A DNA stretch of 64,000 nucleotides from Picochlorum sp. SENEW3. Lineage: Eukaryota. The translations under genes were made by a program, and so were the position numbers. The stretch covers positions 248,001 to 312,000 of the forward strand of contig CP120460.1 of NCBI GenBank assembly GCA_034226945.1, given 5' to 3'. Of the stretch, positions 10,676 through 20,521 are shown in pieces. How positions within the stretch are numbered: position 1 is the first letter of the stretch; each line of letters opens with the position of its first letter. Under the pieces are notes generated by a model. That model was not told where the DNA came from. It saw nothing but the letters and a program-made list of their open reading frames with translations, and did not search any database.

Positions 10676-11323
10676 CTATGCGATTTCCCTTTTCAAATAT
10701 CCGACTGCTTTTGCATCCAGAGCAATATCAGTTGGGAGATCAATGGCGGAGAACTCTGGCTTGTTCTGCACGTACAACCCAGAGTTGTTCAGCATAAGCT
10801 CGTACCCCCCGACAGTCATAAAGGAAACGGTTTCTTCGTTTGGTGAGACAGTTAAAGTTCCAATCTCCAATGCAGTCCGCGTTGTCGTGCCCCAGATTCG
10901 GATCTCATTTGCTGACATACAGTAAGAAGCAGTATCGTTACTGTAGCTTTTCAGGGGAACCTCAAATTTCAAGGAAGAGGACGCAAGAGCCATGCCATCC
11001 TCTTTCGACGCAATGAAACCTTCTTGTGTTTGAACTTTCTGAGTGTACTCCACAAGGCCATAAATTGCTCCCCCCATTGTGCCGAGTACAATGAGAATCA
11101 TCACGAACAGACCGATGGCAATTTTGCGGAGCATCAAAACATCCCTGTGGCGACCATGCTCCGCAAGAAATGCAGTAATGAGCTCATTCGAGGTGATGGA
11201 TCCGTCTTGATCGACATCAGCTGACTGAATACGCGATACCAGGGATGGGCTCAATGATTTGATCCTCAGCAGGTCCTCCACCCTGATCTCGCGTGCCTTT
11301 TCCTCTGTCTTGTCGAGACTCAT
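10676..11323 (-). CDS. EF-hand/transmembrane protein, family member 1 (215 aa, no C-terminal cargo)
   Basis: EF loop DVDQDGSITSNE, TM IAIGLFVMILIVLGTMGGAIYGLV, then beta-rich domain; aligns with 11789 and 56156 proteins. Confidence 0.8.
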   Translation of the reverse strand: MSLDKTEEKAREIRVEDLLRIKSLSPSLVSRIQSADVDQDGSITSNELITAFLAEHGRHRDVLMLRKIAIGLFVMILIVLGTMGGAIYGLVEYTQKVQTQEGFIASKEDGMALASSSLKFEVPLKSYSNDTASYCMSANEIRIWGTTTRTALEIGTLTVSPNEETVSFMTVGGYELMLNNSGLYVQNKPEFSAIDLPTDIALDAKAVGYLKREIA

Positions 11324-11592
11324 ATGTGAAATTTCCGTTTGTAGCAGTTTGATCGTTTCTTGTAGAATCTGTCAGAAACGAATTTTCCCGAGTTCAACTG
11401 ATGAGATGAGCGTGCAAACCTGGCTTCGTACGTCGCGTGTCACCCTACCCTCTGTAGTAGAGTCAGGCAGGCTCCTTTGCAACCCTTCTTGGGTAACCAA
11501 TCGCAAATATTTTATCTTTTTTGTATATACAGCAGAAAATTTTCTCACTCGTCTTGGCGTACGCCTTTCTTTGCGAACAATGCTGTAGATCC

Positions 11593-11659
11593 GGTCCAGC
11601 TATAGCTGGGCCTACGGTACCCCGGCCGCGGTACCGGTCTCTGATGTGAATCCGGATTC
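11593..11659. promoter_or_regulatory. Palindrome cluster in divergent promoter
   Basis: CCAGCTATAGCTGG (11596-11609), CGGTACC-C-CGGCCG-C-GGTACCG (11615-11636), GAATCCGGATTC (11648-11659); function inferred from position. Confidence 0.5.
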
Positions 11660-11788
11660 GGTTTTACCCCTCCCGTGATTGGATAGGTTTCCTCCAACAT
11701 AAAAGGATGCAAAGATATTGACAACAAAAGTGTTATTGTAATAAGTTTTAAAATTCAGAAGGCGTTTGAAATATTGTCACAACACAGC

Positions 11789-12865
11789 ATGAGTGAAAAT
11801 TCAGCATACATACCCCTGTCTGAGCTACGGGAGCTCAAGACCCTAACCCGTTCGCAAATCACCCGTTTGGAGGGACTCGATAGTGATGGGAAAGGACTTT
11901 TGAAGGCTGAAGATATTCTTCAAGTATTGGAAAATGATCATAAGAAAGAATCTCAGAAAGCATTCTTCAACAGGTTGATCCTTCTCCTTCTGGTGAGTGG
12001 GGTGATCCTCATTGGTGCTTTGTGTGGCATTACCTATGGCATTGTGGCTACAACAAATGAACTTAATGTCGACAATGATGACCATGTTCTGAAAACAAGT
12101 GCAAATGGGGATATAGCTGGACTAGGGGCCGTTGTGAGTACTGAGTCAGCTGAGTCAGTTTTGTCATCCACGAAGCCCTGGGGGATCTCAAGAGTCAATT
12201 TCGTGAGAGAAGACACCGAGGAATATGGATTTATTGCAATTAATGCGATACAGGTGATTGAGAATGGTACTGCTCTTGTTCGAAGCGTTCTTGGTGAAGA
12301 ATTAATTCTGGATGAGTCTGGTGTTCTGGTGGCATACGGTGAGACAAGTGGCCGCAAGCTTTTGATTTTCGGCGCAATCGGAAATGCATTCCAGAGTTTC
12401 GTAGAAGTAGTGATCGAACCACTTGCAAAGACTGTAAGTGACGCATTTAAAGATGTATTCGGTATCTCCCTGTTTGAGTTGCTTGCTGTCTTGGATGGAG
12501 CTAATACTGCTGTAGCCGAGGTAACAAGAGAGGGCCTTCTGGATATGATAGATTTTATCTCTCCCAAGATGGGCAGCTGCGTCAGAAAATTCGAACCAAC
12601 TAATTTGGACTGCTACACATTTTTCCCTTGTTTCGATTTTCTCAGACGGAATTTTCAAGGTCAAGTAAATGCTTGTGCAGGCAGAGGAGACAAGGAAATT
12701 TGCTTGACCACTGCAATTGGGGGTATGATGAATCAGAACGAGGGCGACATTCTCAACTTTATTCGTGGACTCGTTCCAGCCCTCGAAGATTGTGCCGTCA
12801 AGGGGGACTTTACTGCATGTGTGGAAACCTTCTCATGTCTGTCCCAGGGGAGAAAACTGCTCTAG
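11789..12865 (+). CDS. EF-hand/transmembrane protein, family member 2 (358 aa) with GRKLL motif and 8-Cys helical C-terminal domain
   Basis: Degenerate EF loop DSDGKGLLKAED, TM LILLLLVSGVILIGALCGITYGIV, GRKLL at 12350-12364 and again at the C-terminus. Confidence 0.8.
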   Translation: MSENSAYIPLSELRELKTLTRSQITRLEGLDSDGKGLLKAEDILQVLENDHKKESQKAFFNRLILLLLVSGVILIGALCGITYGIVATTNELNVDNDDHVLKTSANGDIAGLGAVVSTESAESVLSSTKPWGISRVNFVREDTEEYGFIAINAIQVIENGTALVRSVLGEELILDESGVLVAYGETSGRKLLIFGAIGNAFQSFVEVVIEPLAKTVSDAFKDVFGISLFELLAVLDGANTAVAEVTREGLLDMIDFISPKMGSCVRKFEPTNLDCYTFFPCFDFLRRNFQGQVNACAGRGDKEICLTTAIGGMMNQNEGDILNFIRGLVPALEDCAVKGDFTACVETFSCLSQGRKLL

Positions 12866-13494
12866 CTTGAACTCAATGTAATGGAATCAAGTTTCTTGCA
12901 AAGATAACTCGAAGCACAGCATTGACAGCGTTAGCGAGTTGAATTCTTTTCAAATCAGACTATGTAGAGACTTTCTTCCAAAAAGAGAAGATCTGTGATC
13001 CTTTTTGGTGCACTCGTAGCTTCCAAGCATGTAATTGTATCATTGTATGGTCACATGCATGGTCACCACATCATGATGAGGAAGTTTTATACAGTTCCCG
13101 TGATTTACGTTACATGTATGTACCATTTCATCAATGAAATACACCTACATCACCTCAAGCTATGAAACAGCGTGACGGCCTCGGTCGTTCGTTGCGCATT
13201 GCTGGCATGGCATTTTGCCCGTGCACCAGCCTCATCCCAATCACATGTCGAGATTTTCCTGCTCCATTACGTTGGCGTGGTGTACATACCATGCTAAGAC
13301 TATCACAATGCTGTACAGCATACATGTATGAGCATCATCTGAACATGGCATGCAATACACTCGGCCGTCCTGTAGATGTGCAAATCTACGTCATTGATCG
13401 GTCCGAGAATCAGTTGACCAAGAAAACTGCATTGGACAGATCAAGGAGGTGTCCCCTTCTCATTCGCAAACCAGAATTATTTCAAATTTCAATC

Positions 13495-13938
13495 ATGTCT
13501 GATATTGTGTCACTTTCTGATCAAGATTCAAGCCCAATTGGGATTGCCAAGGCAGTGCTTGGTGATATGCCGTTCTCGTACGAGGCTATTCACAATCGGA
13601 CAGGTCTCTCACGATCTGCTTGTGCCCATGCTGTTCTCTCCGCGTGTACGAATATTCCTGACGGATATGATTGCGGAAAGGCAGGCGAAAAATTATTAGA
13701 AAGACTCCTCGGTGAAGTCACCCCGTCAGACGTCGAGGGTCGTTCCATCGAAGGTCCTTCTGCTTATATTCAAAAATTTCGAAAGTATGCAGAGAGTCAG
13801 GGGGTAAAGGGGTTCCCTCGTATCACCTGCTATGTCGTGGAAGATGGCATTGAGTATGCTATAGGGATACTCTTTTACGCGTATATGCTGTTTCAGGATG
13901 AAGATTTCATGTTGTCCTACAGGAAAACGGAATTATAA
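13495..13938 (+). pseudogene. 3'-truncated copy of the 207-aa orphan gene
   Basis: Near-identical to 7059 protein up to SYRKTE, then TTA TAA; about 235 bp of copy A replaced by a short AT-rich filler. Confidence 0.7.
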
Positions 13939-14286
13939 ATTACAATGCAGTATAAAAATACTAGCAATTTATGTCTAAGTCTGTAAATGCACTTGCCTTT
14001 CTTCCTCGCAAACAATCGAATTTGAAGCAACATGCTGATCAAGCAACATCATTCTCGTATTTCTCATAGAAAGCCAGTGGCTACACTCGGCCGTCCTGCA
14101 GATGTACACAACTACATCATTGATTGGTCCGAGAATCGTTGACCAAGAAAGAAAACTGCATTGGACAGATCAGGCACGTGTGCCGTGTTCTTGTCGAAAC
14201 GTCAATCAACGGCAACGTCAAAGTAGAAAAGAGATCTAAAACACACAGCAGACATCTAAACAATTCGATACAGTTTTGAAGAGACG

Positions 14287-14829
14287 ATGCACAAGGCTTT
14301 GATCATGTCGTTTATAGCAGTGGCTGTCTATGCGTTAGCCACATTATCACTTGTAAACGCTCGAACCCTTCAGGTGAGTATAGTTCCATCCAGATCGATG
14401 CGTTAATAGTCTGATCTGTGGCTTCGATTCCATGATATGCATGATGTACCTTTCTGCAGCAATTCGGGTGCTCAGCGTCTCCTGGGCCTCAACCTGAAGA
14501 ATGCGCCTGGGAATGGTACGTGAGGTTGTTATCCTAGAAGATCCAAGACTCTATAGCATGTGTGACAAGGCATTGTGTGTAGGAGACGGGATGAAATCGA
14601 GTGCAAAGGTCTTGCCAATGGAACCAAGCTCGAGTGTGAGACTGAGAGTGATGGAAGATACATTGAGTGCGAGTTTGAACAGTCGAGGCAATTCGAGATC
14701 AAATTTAGATGCGATGTAGACATTGATTGCCAAATCCAGTGTCAGAATTCGACGCTCGCTAATATCCCCGAGTCATACCGAGGACAGGTGGAGTCTATTT
14801 TGAATGCCTGGGTGCCATATGATGATTGA
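14287..14829 (+). CDS. Small secreted 8-Cys protein, paralog 3 (exons 14287-14373, 14460-14515, 14583-14829)
   Basis: Duplicate of 8040-8582; mature region reads identical, signal peptide differs (SFIAV vs SCMAM). Confidence 0.85.
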
Positions 14830-15357
14830 TCAAGAACATCTCATGCATATCCTCTGGGCCGTTTACACATCCAATACTATGGATACTTTGCATGCAATGT
14901 AACAATGCATTTCTTTCCCACCAAGAGCCAAACCTCTTCTCTTTCTGGGGCACATGTCTGTGGAGTCTTTCATCCAGAACAGACCCCATGTCGACATGCT
15001 CGGGACGATCTTTCTCCTCCCCTGAATGCTTCACGACTCAAGATGCATCGATTGTGCGCTGCATTTGCTTCAACGGAGGAGACACCAGTGATGGGACATG
15101 CTCGGCAGATCGTACAGCGGCCGGGTTACGCCCGCTCCTTTCGAAGCCAGCGGGTGTACGGTTCGCACGTACATCTTGTTAATCGATCACCACGCGGGCA
15201 TATCAAGCCATGCATGGCCCAATTAAACTGTATTTTTATTGCGTATTATTTATTTATATACATATCGATTGCCTATCTCGCTGTTTGCGAGACGCAGATA
15301 CAAAGAACTCGACCACGTACCCTTCCCTTGCCAAAGACCATACTATTCATCCGATAG

Positions 15358-16548
15358 ATGGCGGTTCCAATTGATCAAGGCGCAGAGGAGAAGATAATCA
15401 TCGTTGAAGATTTCATGGATGCTAAAGCAGCAGCAGAAGAAGAAGGAACGCGTAAGATGAAATTCAAGGCAACAGTATCTGAGGCTTGGGCCAACATGAT
15501 GTACACCTTGTGGCCCCCGGTCTGGAAGAAGAAGACACTCGCACGAGAATGGGAAACTCTCCGTTCAGAGTGGAGGTTTGTATCATCTGCTGTTTGTTAT
15601 ATTGCGCCTCCGCTGCACATTCTCTGGTTGGTCAAGATTCCATTGCTTATCATCATTGCAGAAGTGCTTGGACTGTATTTTGCACCTATTGGCGTGTTGA
15701 GATTTATCGATAATGATCAAGGCGTATACACGACGGCATTTGGAATATGCTCTTTTGCCCTTTCACTTTTGTTGGCATCAAGGGTCAACAATGTAATTAC
15801 ACGATTCAATCTTGGTCGTTCGGGCTTTGGCAAATTGGGCAACGTGTGCGTCATCATTGTTCAGATAATGCTAACATGCTGCGATGATGAAGAAATGCTG
15901 CAAGATATAGCGAGATGGTGTGTCATATACCACAATGCGATTCGAAAATACCTGGAAGGGAATTTGAAGCTCTGTGACGATCCCAAGGATTACAATGCAT
16001 ATTTGCACGAGGATGAAATCAAACTGATACATGATACACACAAAATGAGACAGCTGGCGCCCTTGAAGATTCGCCAGCTGATTGCAAAGGCTGCACCGCC
16101 ATTGGAAATATACATTGCACTCAACAGCCAACTGGAAATGGCTCAGGTTGGATCTGGAGACTGTGTAAGGATTTACAGCCAATCTCTTCCGTACCCCTTT
16201 ACAATACTAACGACTGGGTTCATTCAGTTATGGTTGTATCTTTTGCCTCTCGCGTTGAAGAATACAGAATTGCAGCTGCAGGTCGCCTTGCCTGCCAGTA
16301 TTTTCACCACCCTGCTGTTGCTAGGTGTTGATGCTGCTGCTGTCCATCTTGAGAATCCGTTCAAATATATGCCGTTGCAAGATCTGTGCGACTCTACACA
16401 AAGAGACGTATATCGAGCATTGGATGAACACAAGTTGTTGCTGGAATCTGCCGCAAGGAATGCCGGAAAACCGCCTCCTCCTGGTGCATTGAAAGCAGCC
16501 AAGGGACCAAAGGGGCGATCTATCCCAAAAGCAAAAGGGACTTCTTGA
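15358..16548 (+). CDS. Bestrophin-like (UPF0187/VCCN/BST) anion channel, divergent
   Basis: FALSLLLASRVN..TRFNLGRSGFG, CVRIYSQSLPYPF, LWLYLLPLAL, LLLGVDAAAVHLENPF. Confidence 0.8.
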   Translation: MAVPIDQGAEEKIIIVEDFMDAKAAAEEEGTRKMKFKATVSEAWANMMYTLWPPVWKKKTLAREWETLRSEWRFVSSAVCYIAPPLHILWLVKIPLLIIIAEVLGLYFAPIGVLRFIDNDQGVYTTAFGICSFALSLLLASRVNNVITRFNLGRSGFGKLGNVCVIIVQIMLTCCDDEEMLQDIARWCVIYHNAIRKYLEGNLKLCDDPKDYNAYLHEDEIKLIHDTHKMRQLAPLKIRQLIAKAAPPLEIYIALNSQLEMAQVGSGDCVRIYSQSLPYPFTILTTGFIQLWLYLLPLALKNTELQLQVALPASIFTTLLLLGVDAAAVHLENPFKYMPLQDLCDSTQRDVYRALDEHKLLLESAARNAGKPPPPGALKAAKGPKGRSIPKAKGTS

Positions 16549-16659
16549 TGTAGTATTTAATACAATTATTATGAAATATAGTCTTGAATCATTGTAGCAG
16601 TAGCGTATGTAAGAAATTCTTGAGGAACATGTACGTGTAGAGTGGCAAAAATGAATGGA

Positions 16660-17913
16660 TCATATATTGATGAGAATGGCTAGGGACAACAAAATAGCAC
16701 CAAAACCACACCATGTCTGTCCATGCGCCCAAGACGTCGCCTCATTCCTCGTATCATCACTACCATCGGCACTGTTTGAGGATGCATTCTTCAATAATCC
16801 ATGGATGCCTGCATTGGCTTTGACCCAAGCACGTGCTTCCTCCTGGCCAAGATTGAACAAATCATCCAGTCGATCAGGATATGGAATATATGCCATACAT
16901 TGCCATTCAAAACAGCTATAATTCAATGGAATATACTTTCCTGGATAAATATCAGCTTCACCAGGAGGCATGAATGTCGAGGGCCCTGCAGGACATGATG
17001 TAGGCAAGTCTCCAGTGCTCGTGAAATTGGCCCACGCTGGAGGTGGTGGGCCCTTTGCTGACTGATTGAATGTCCCCCCAGCCACCTCGAGGCATTGTGA
17101 CACCAATTCTCCCGCTACAGCAGCATCCACGTTATCCTGTGTCGTACACACAGGTCCAGCTTCAGTCGTGTTTGGATAATACACTTGAATTGTCAAACAT
17201 GATGTCTCATTCCCTCCACACAAATCAGACAGAGTTGTACTATACCCTCCATCCACGGTCGCCATACCATCATTCACAAAATACGGTACTGACATGGAAG
17301 AGCATGATAGGAAAGAACTGCTGATCAAATCCCTCAAAATGGCCTCATCTGTTGAATGATTTGCAACAATGGTAGACGTCAATGTATTCATCGTTGGATC
17401 ATTGGGATCTACCTCTGTGAAAGCGATACCCACGTGGGAACACTTTTCAGCAATAGAATTGATCGAAGAGGGGTCATACAAGGTCGAAAACCCCTCGTAC
17501 TCGATAGAGCCCAGCTGCCCATTGCATGGAAACACACCACTCTTGGGATCCCACGATTCATAACAATCCACGAGAGCACCCTTCAACAACTGGTACTGGT
17601 CCATAGGACGCACCCCAGCACATGTCAACATTGCCGTAACCGCACCACCGCTCAAACCAGCCCCTGGCATGGACTCTGGCTGAACCACACCCTCCTCCAC
17701 GAGAGCCTCCATAGCTCCCAAGTACCACGGCAGCAACAGCGCACTGCACGATATCAACGTATGTAATCATTCAAAATGTGATTATTATAACATACTATGC
17801 ATCCAAGTGTGTGTATCGAACCTCCCAGCCACAGCATATCGCTCCAGTTGGCCACTCGCAGTCCCCAACAAGATACCCCACAGGACAGCCCCGACAGCCA
17901 GATGCCTCTGCAT
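16660..17913 (-). CDS. Patatin-like lipid acyl hydrolase with signal peptide and hydrophobic C-tail; intron 17744-17821
   Basis: GLSGG (GxSxG) nucleophile, VDGGY, LLLPWYLG; exon 1 MQRHLAVGAVLWGILLGTASG joins in phase 2 (donor GTTCGA is weak). Confidence 0.75.
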
Positions 17914-18626
17914 AAAGAATCCTGAATATGTGCAAGTATTAAATTAGATATACTCGGTATGGATTTTAGATGCACGTGATGTACCTCCCTTCCTGCCGCG
18001 TGCCGATTTCGTACAATCAGATGGCGCCTTGATTCTTTGAGTACGTACTCAATATGGTATACCATATTCTCCCGATGAACGCACGGCGTCGTGCGGCACT
18101 CCCTGCATGGAGCCTTATCGCTGACGAGGGGGGTCGCCATGCACTATATAGTGCCATCTACGGACTCGCATGGTATGACGACACTGATGGAACGCTTCTA
18201 ATGTCTCTGGAGAAGACGTGGGAGTTATGTCGACGACCTTGTGGGTACCCTTTCCACCGAAAGGGTTTTTAATGATGCATGATTGGAATTAAATACAATA
18301 TGGTATCACACCATCGATGGTACTATCAATCAAAAATTAGATGGACCGAGACTGACGATCCCCATCGATGGGCAATGATAGAGTATGTAGGCTACTGTTC
18401 GTAAACTTCTTATTTTTTCTACTGAGTTTGTTCTACAGAAATTATCCACACGAGTGGATATAGGCCTTGCGTGTGTTGCTACTCAGCATGTCAGACAATT
18501 GTACGATGGAGTTGTCCTTCCAGTGACAACCTTGCCTTGAAACTCCCAGATTGGGGCATCAAATCTTCTTTTCCAGAGAATAAGGTTGCTGGGAATCTGA
18601 CTTCCTGTTCTGGAAGAGGAGGAGAT

Positions 18627-20390
18627 ATGCAAACGCAAGGTGGAACCAAGACTCCCACGGCCGAGTCTCCTGAACACAGGGATGCGCATGGGATACCGTT
18701 TGAGAATCATGAGATTACCGCTGCAAATGATGAATTAGAGGAAGCGATGCAGCGGGCTGCAGAGGCTGCGTTGAACGGGTCCGAGGTCCCAAGCGCGGCA
18801 ACACAGGGTACAGAGCCTCAGCAGATTCCCGACTCGCAAGGTGCCGGGGTAGAGTCGTTTACCGAATGGATGCAGCAGAGTGATTCTCTGCCTTCCTTAG
18901 ATGGACTGCATCGCCAGAGTAGGTATGCAAGCAGTAAGAATATCCGCAAAAGCATTGAAGTGACGCGGCCATCTATGAACAGGACCTCAATGTATGAAGA
19001 GATGGGGCCTGCGACAATCATTCGTGATGCTGATGGGCAAGAATTTCTTATTCAGCCTGTCAGGGAGTCGTTAGATATTCAAATGAGTACACAGTATTCT
19101 GGCAGTAGTCAGCAATACCGGTCTCTATCAAAAGGAAGAGCAGCAGCAGCAGCATTGGCACCCGTTGCGAATCGACTGGACGATTTGGATGACTTTGAGA
19201 GCCCCTTTGCGAATTCGACAGGTTTGGAAGCAGCGTTGGATCAGATGGCACTTCCGTCTGACGAGACGAGAGAAACAGCAATGACAGCTCTCACAGGACG
19301 GCTGTCAGGATCCGATCAGAGTCGTTATCCATCTAGTAGTTCAGCTGGCACGGTCGGACAAATGTACTTGCACAGTATACGTTCATCATGTCCTGTGAAT
19401 GTCGAATATAGAGAGACTCTATTCGATCAAAGCAAGTGGACTCATCCATCAAAGAGGAAAGACACACTGTCTTCATCAGCGGGATTGTCAGGTGATCTAG
19501 GACTTCGAAAGAATCGCGTCTCAAACTCTTCACAATTACAAGATAATGAATCTTCTGAGGTGGACTCGTGGGAGATTCGCATGGGCGAGCTCGACTTTGG
19601 CAAGCGAGTGGGTATTGGAGCATATGGCGAAGTCTTCCAAGGGTTGTATAAACACACTGATGTCGCGATCAAAGTGCTCTTGGAGCAAGATTTGCCAGCT
19701 AAAATTATACAGAACTTCAAAAAAGAAGTATTTATTTTGAAAAAATTGCGACATCCAAATATCGTGCAGTTCATGGGGGCATGCACACAGCCATCCAGCC
19801 TATGCATTGTGTCAGAGTACATGACAAAGGGTTCTCTCTTCAAAATCCTGCACAGTAATAATGAAAAGGAGCGGGTACATCTCACACTTGGACAAAAATT
19901 GAAGATGGCATGTGATGTGGCTGTTGGTATGCATTATCTTCATACCTCTTCCCCGCCCATCATTCATGGTGACTTGAAGTCACCCAATCTTCTCTTGGAC
20001 GCAAACTATACCGTCAAAGTGTGCGATTTTGGCCTATCCAGAATAAAGACAGCAACCAAACTGTCAGTTGGCTCAAAAATGGGCACGCCGGAATGGACAG
20101 CCCCGGAAGTTCTCCAGAGCAGTACCAGTTCGGAAGCATCAGATGTGTACTCCTTTGGTGTGGTGCTCTGGGAGATTTTTACCGGACAGGTTCCCTGGGA
20201 GGACGTCAACGCCATGCAAGTCGTTCTCTTGGTTGGTTTCCACAACAAGCGACTGGAAATTCCAACAAACATTCCTCAAGCCATTCAAGACTTGATACAC
20301 GAGTGCTTTGGCCCTGCAGATGAGAGGCCCTCATTTGCCAACATTATACCTCGGCTCAGACAAGAAATTCATCGACAACGTTGTAACTGA
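18627..20390 (+). CDS. Raf-like MAPKKK Ser/Thr kinase (CTR1/EDR1-related)
   Basis: GIGAYGEV, VAIK, LRHPNIVQFMGAC, HGDLKSPNLL, DFG, GTPEWTAPEV, DVYSFGVVLWE. Confidence 0.93.
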   Translation: MQTQGGTKTPTAESPEHRDAHGIPFENHEITAANDELEEAMQRAAEAALNGSEVPSAATQGTEPQQIPDSQGAGVESFTEWMQQSDSLPSLDGLHRQSRYASSKNIRKSIEVTRPSMNRTSMYEEMGPATIIRDADGQEFLIQPVRESLDIQMSTQYSGSSQQYRSLSKGRAAAAALAPVANRLDDLDDFESPFANSTGLEAALDQMALPSDETRETAMTALTGRLSGSDQSRYPSSSSAGTVGQMYLHSIRSSCPVNVEYRETLFDQSKWTHPSKRKDTLSSSAGLSGDLGLRKNRVSNSSQLQDNESSEVDSWEIRMGELDFGKRVGIGAYGEVFQGLYKHTDVAIKVLLEQDLPAKIIQNFKKEVFILKKLRHPNIVQFMGACTQPSSLCIVSEYMTKGSLFKILHSNNEKERVHLTLGQKLKMACDVAVGMHYLHTSSPPIIHGDLKSPNLLLDANYTVKVCDFGLSRIKTATKLSVGSKMGTPEWTAPEVLQSSTSSEASDVYSFGVVLWEIFTGQVPWEDVNAMQVVLLVGFHNKRLEIPTNIPQAIQDLIHECFGPADERPSFANIIPRLRQEIHRQRCN

Positions 20391-20521
20391 ATAAAGATTC
20401 GGATAGGAAGAACAGACAGATAGCATATCGATTCATATATTACATTCTTTGGCATGACAAAAAACAGTATTGTAAATTAGAGACGATGATGGAAGAGAGC
20501 CATCCTGAAGCTATGCATTGA

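Larger units (their letters stand above)
13391..14853 (+). repeat. Segmental duplication copy B (pairs with 6960-8606)
   Basis: Direct near-identical repeat with an internal deletion/replacement at 13936-13959. Confidence 0.95.

Noticed and set aside
13162..13494. N-terminal extension of the 258-aa ORF
   Set aside because: Reads through the upstream repeated module; homology with the intact copy begins at ATG 13495
14826..15357. Overlapping 79-150-aa ORFs upstream of bestrophin
   Set aside because: No motif or paralog support; more likely promoter or degenerate sequence
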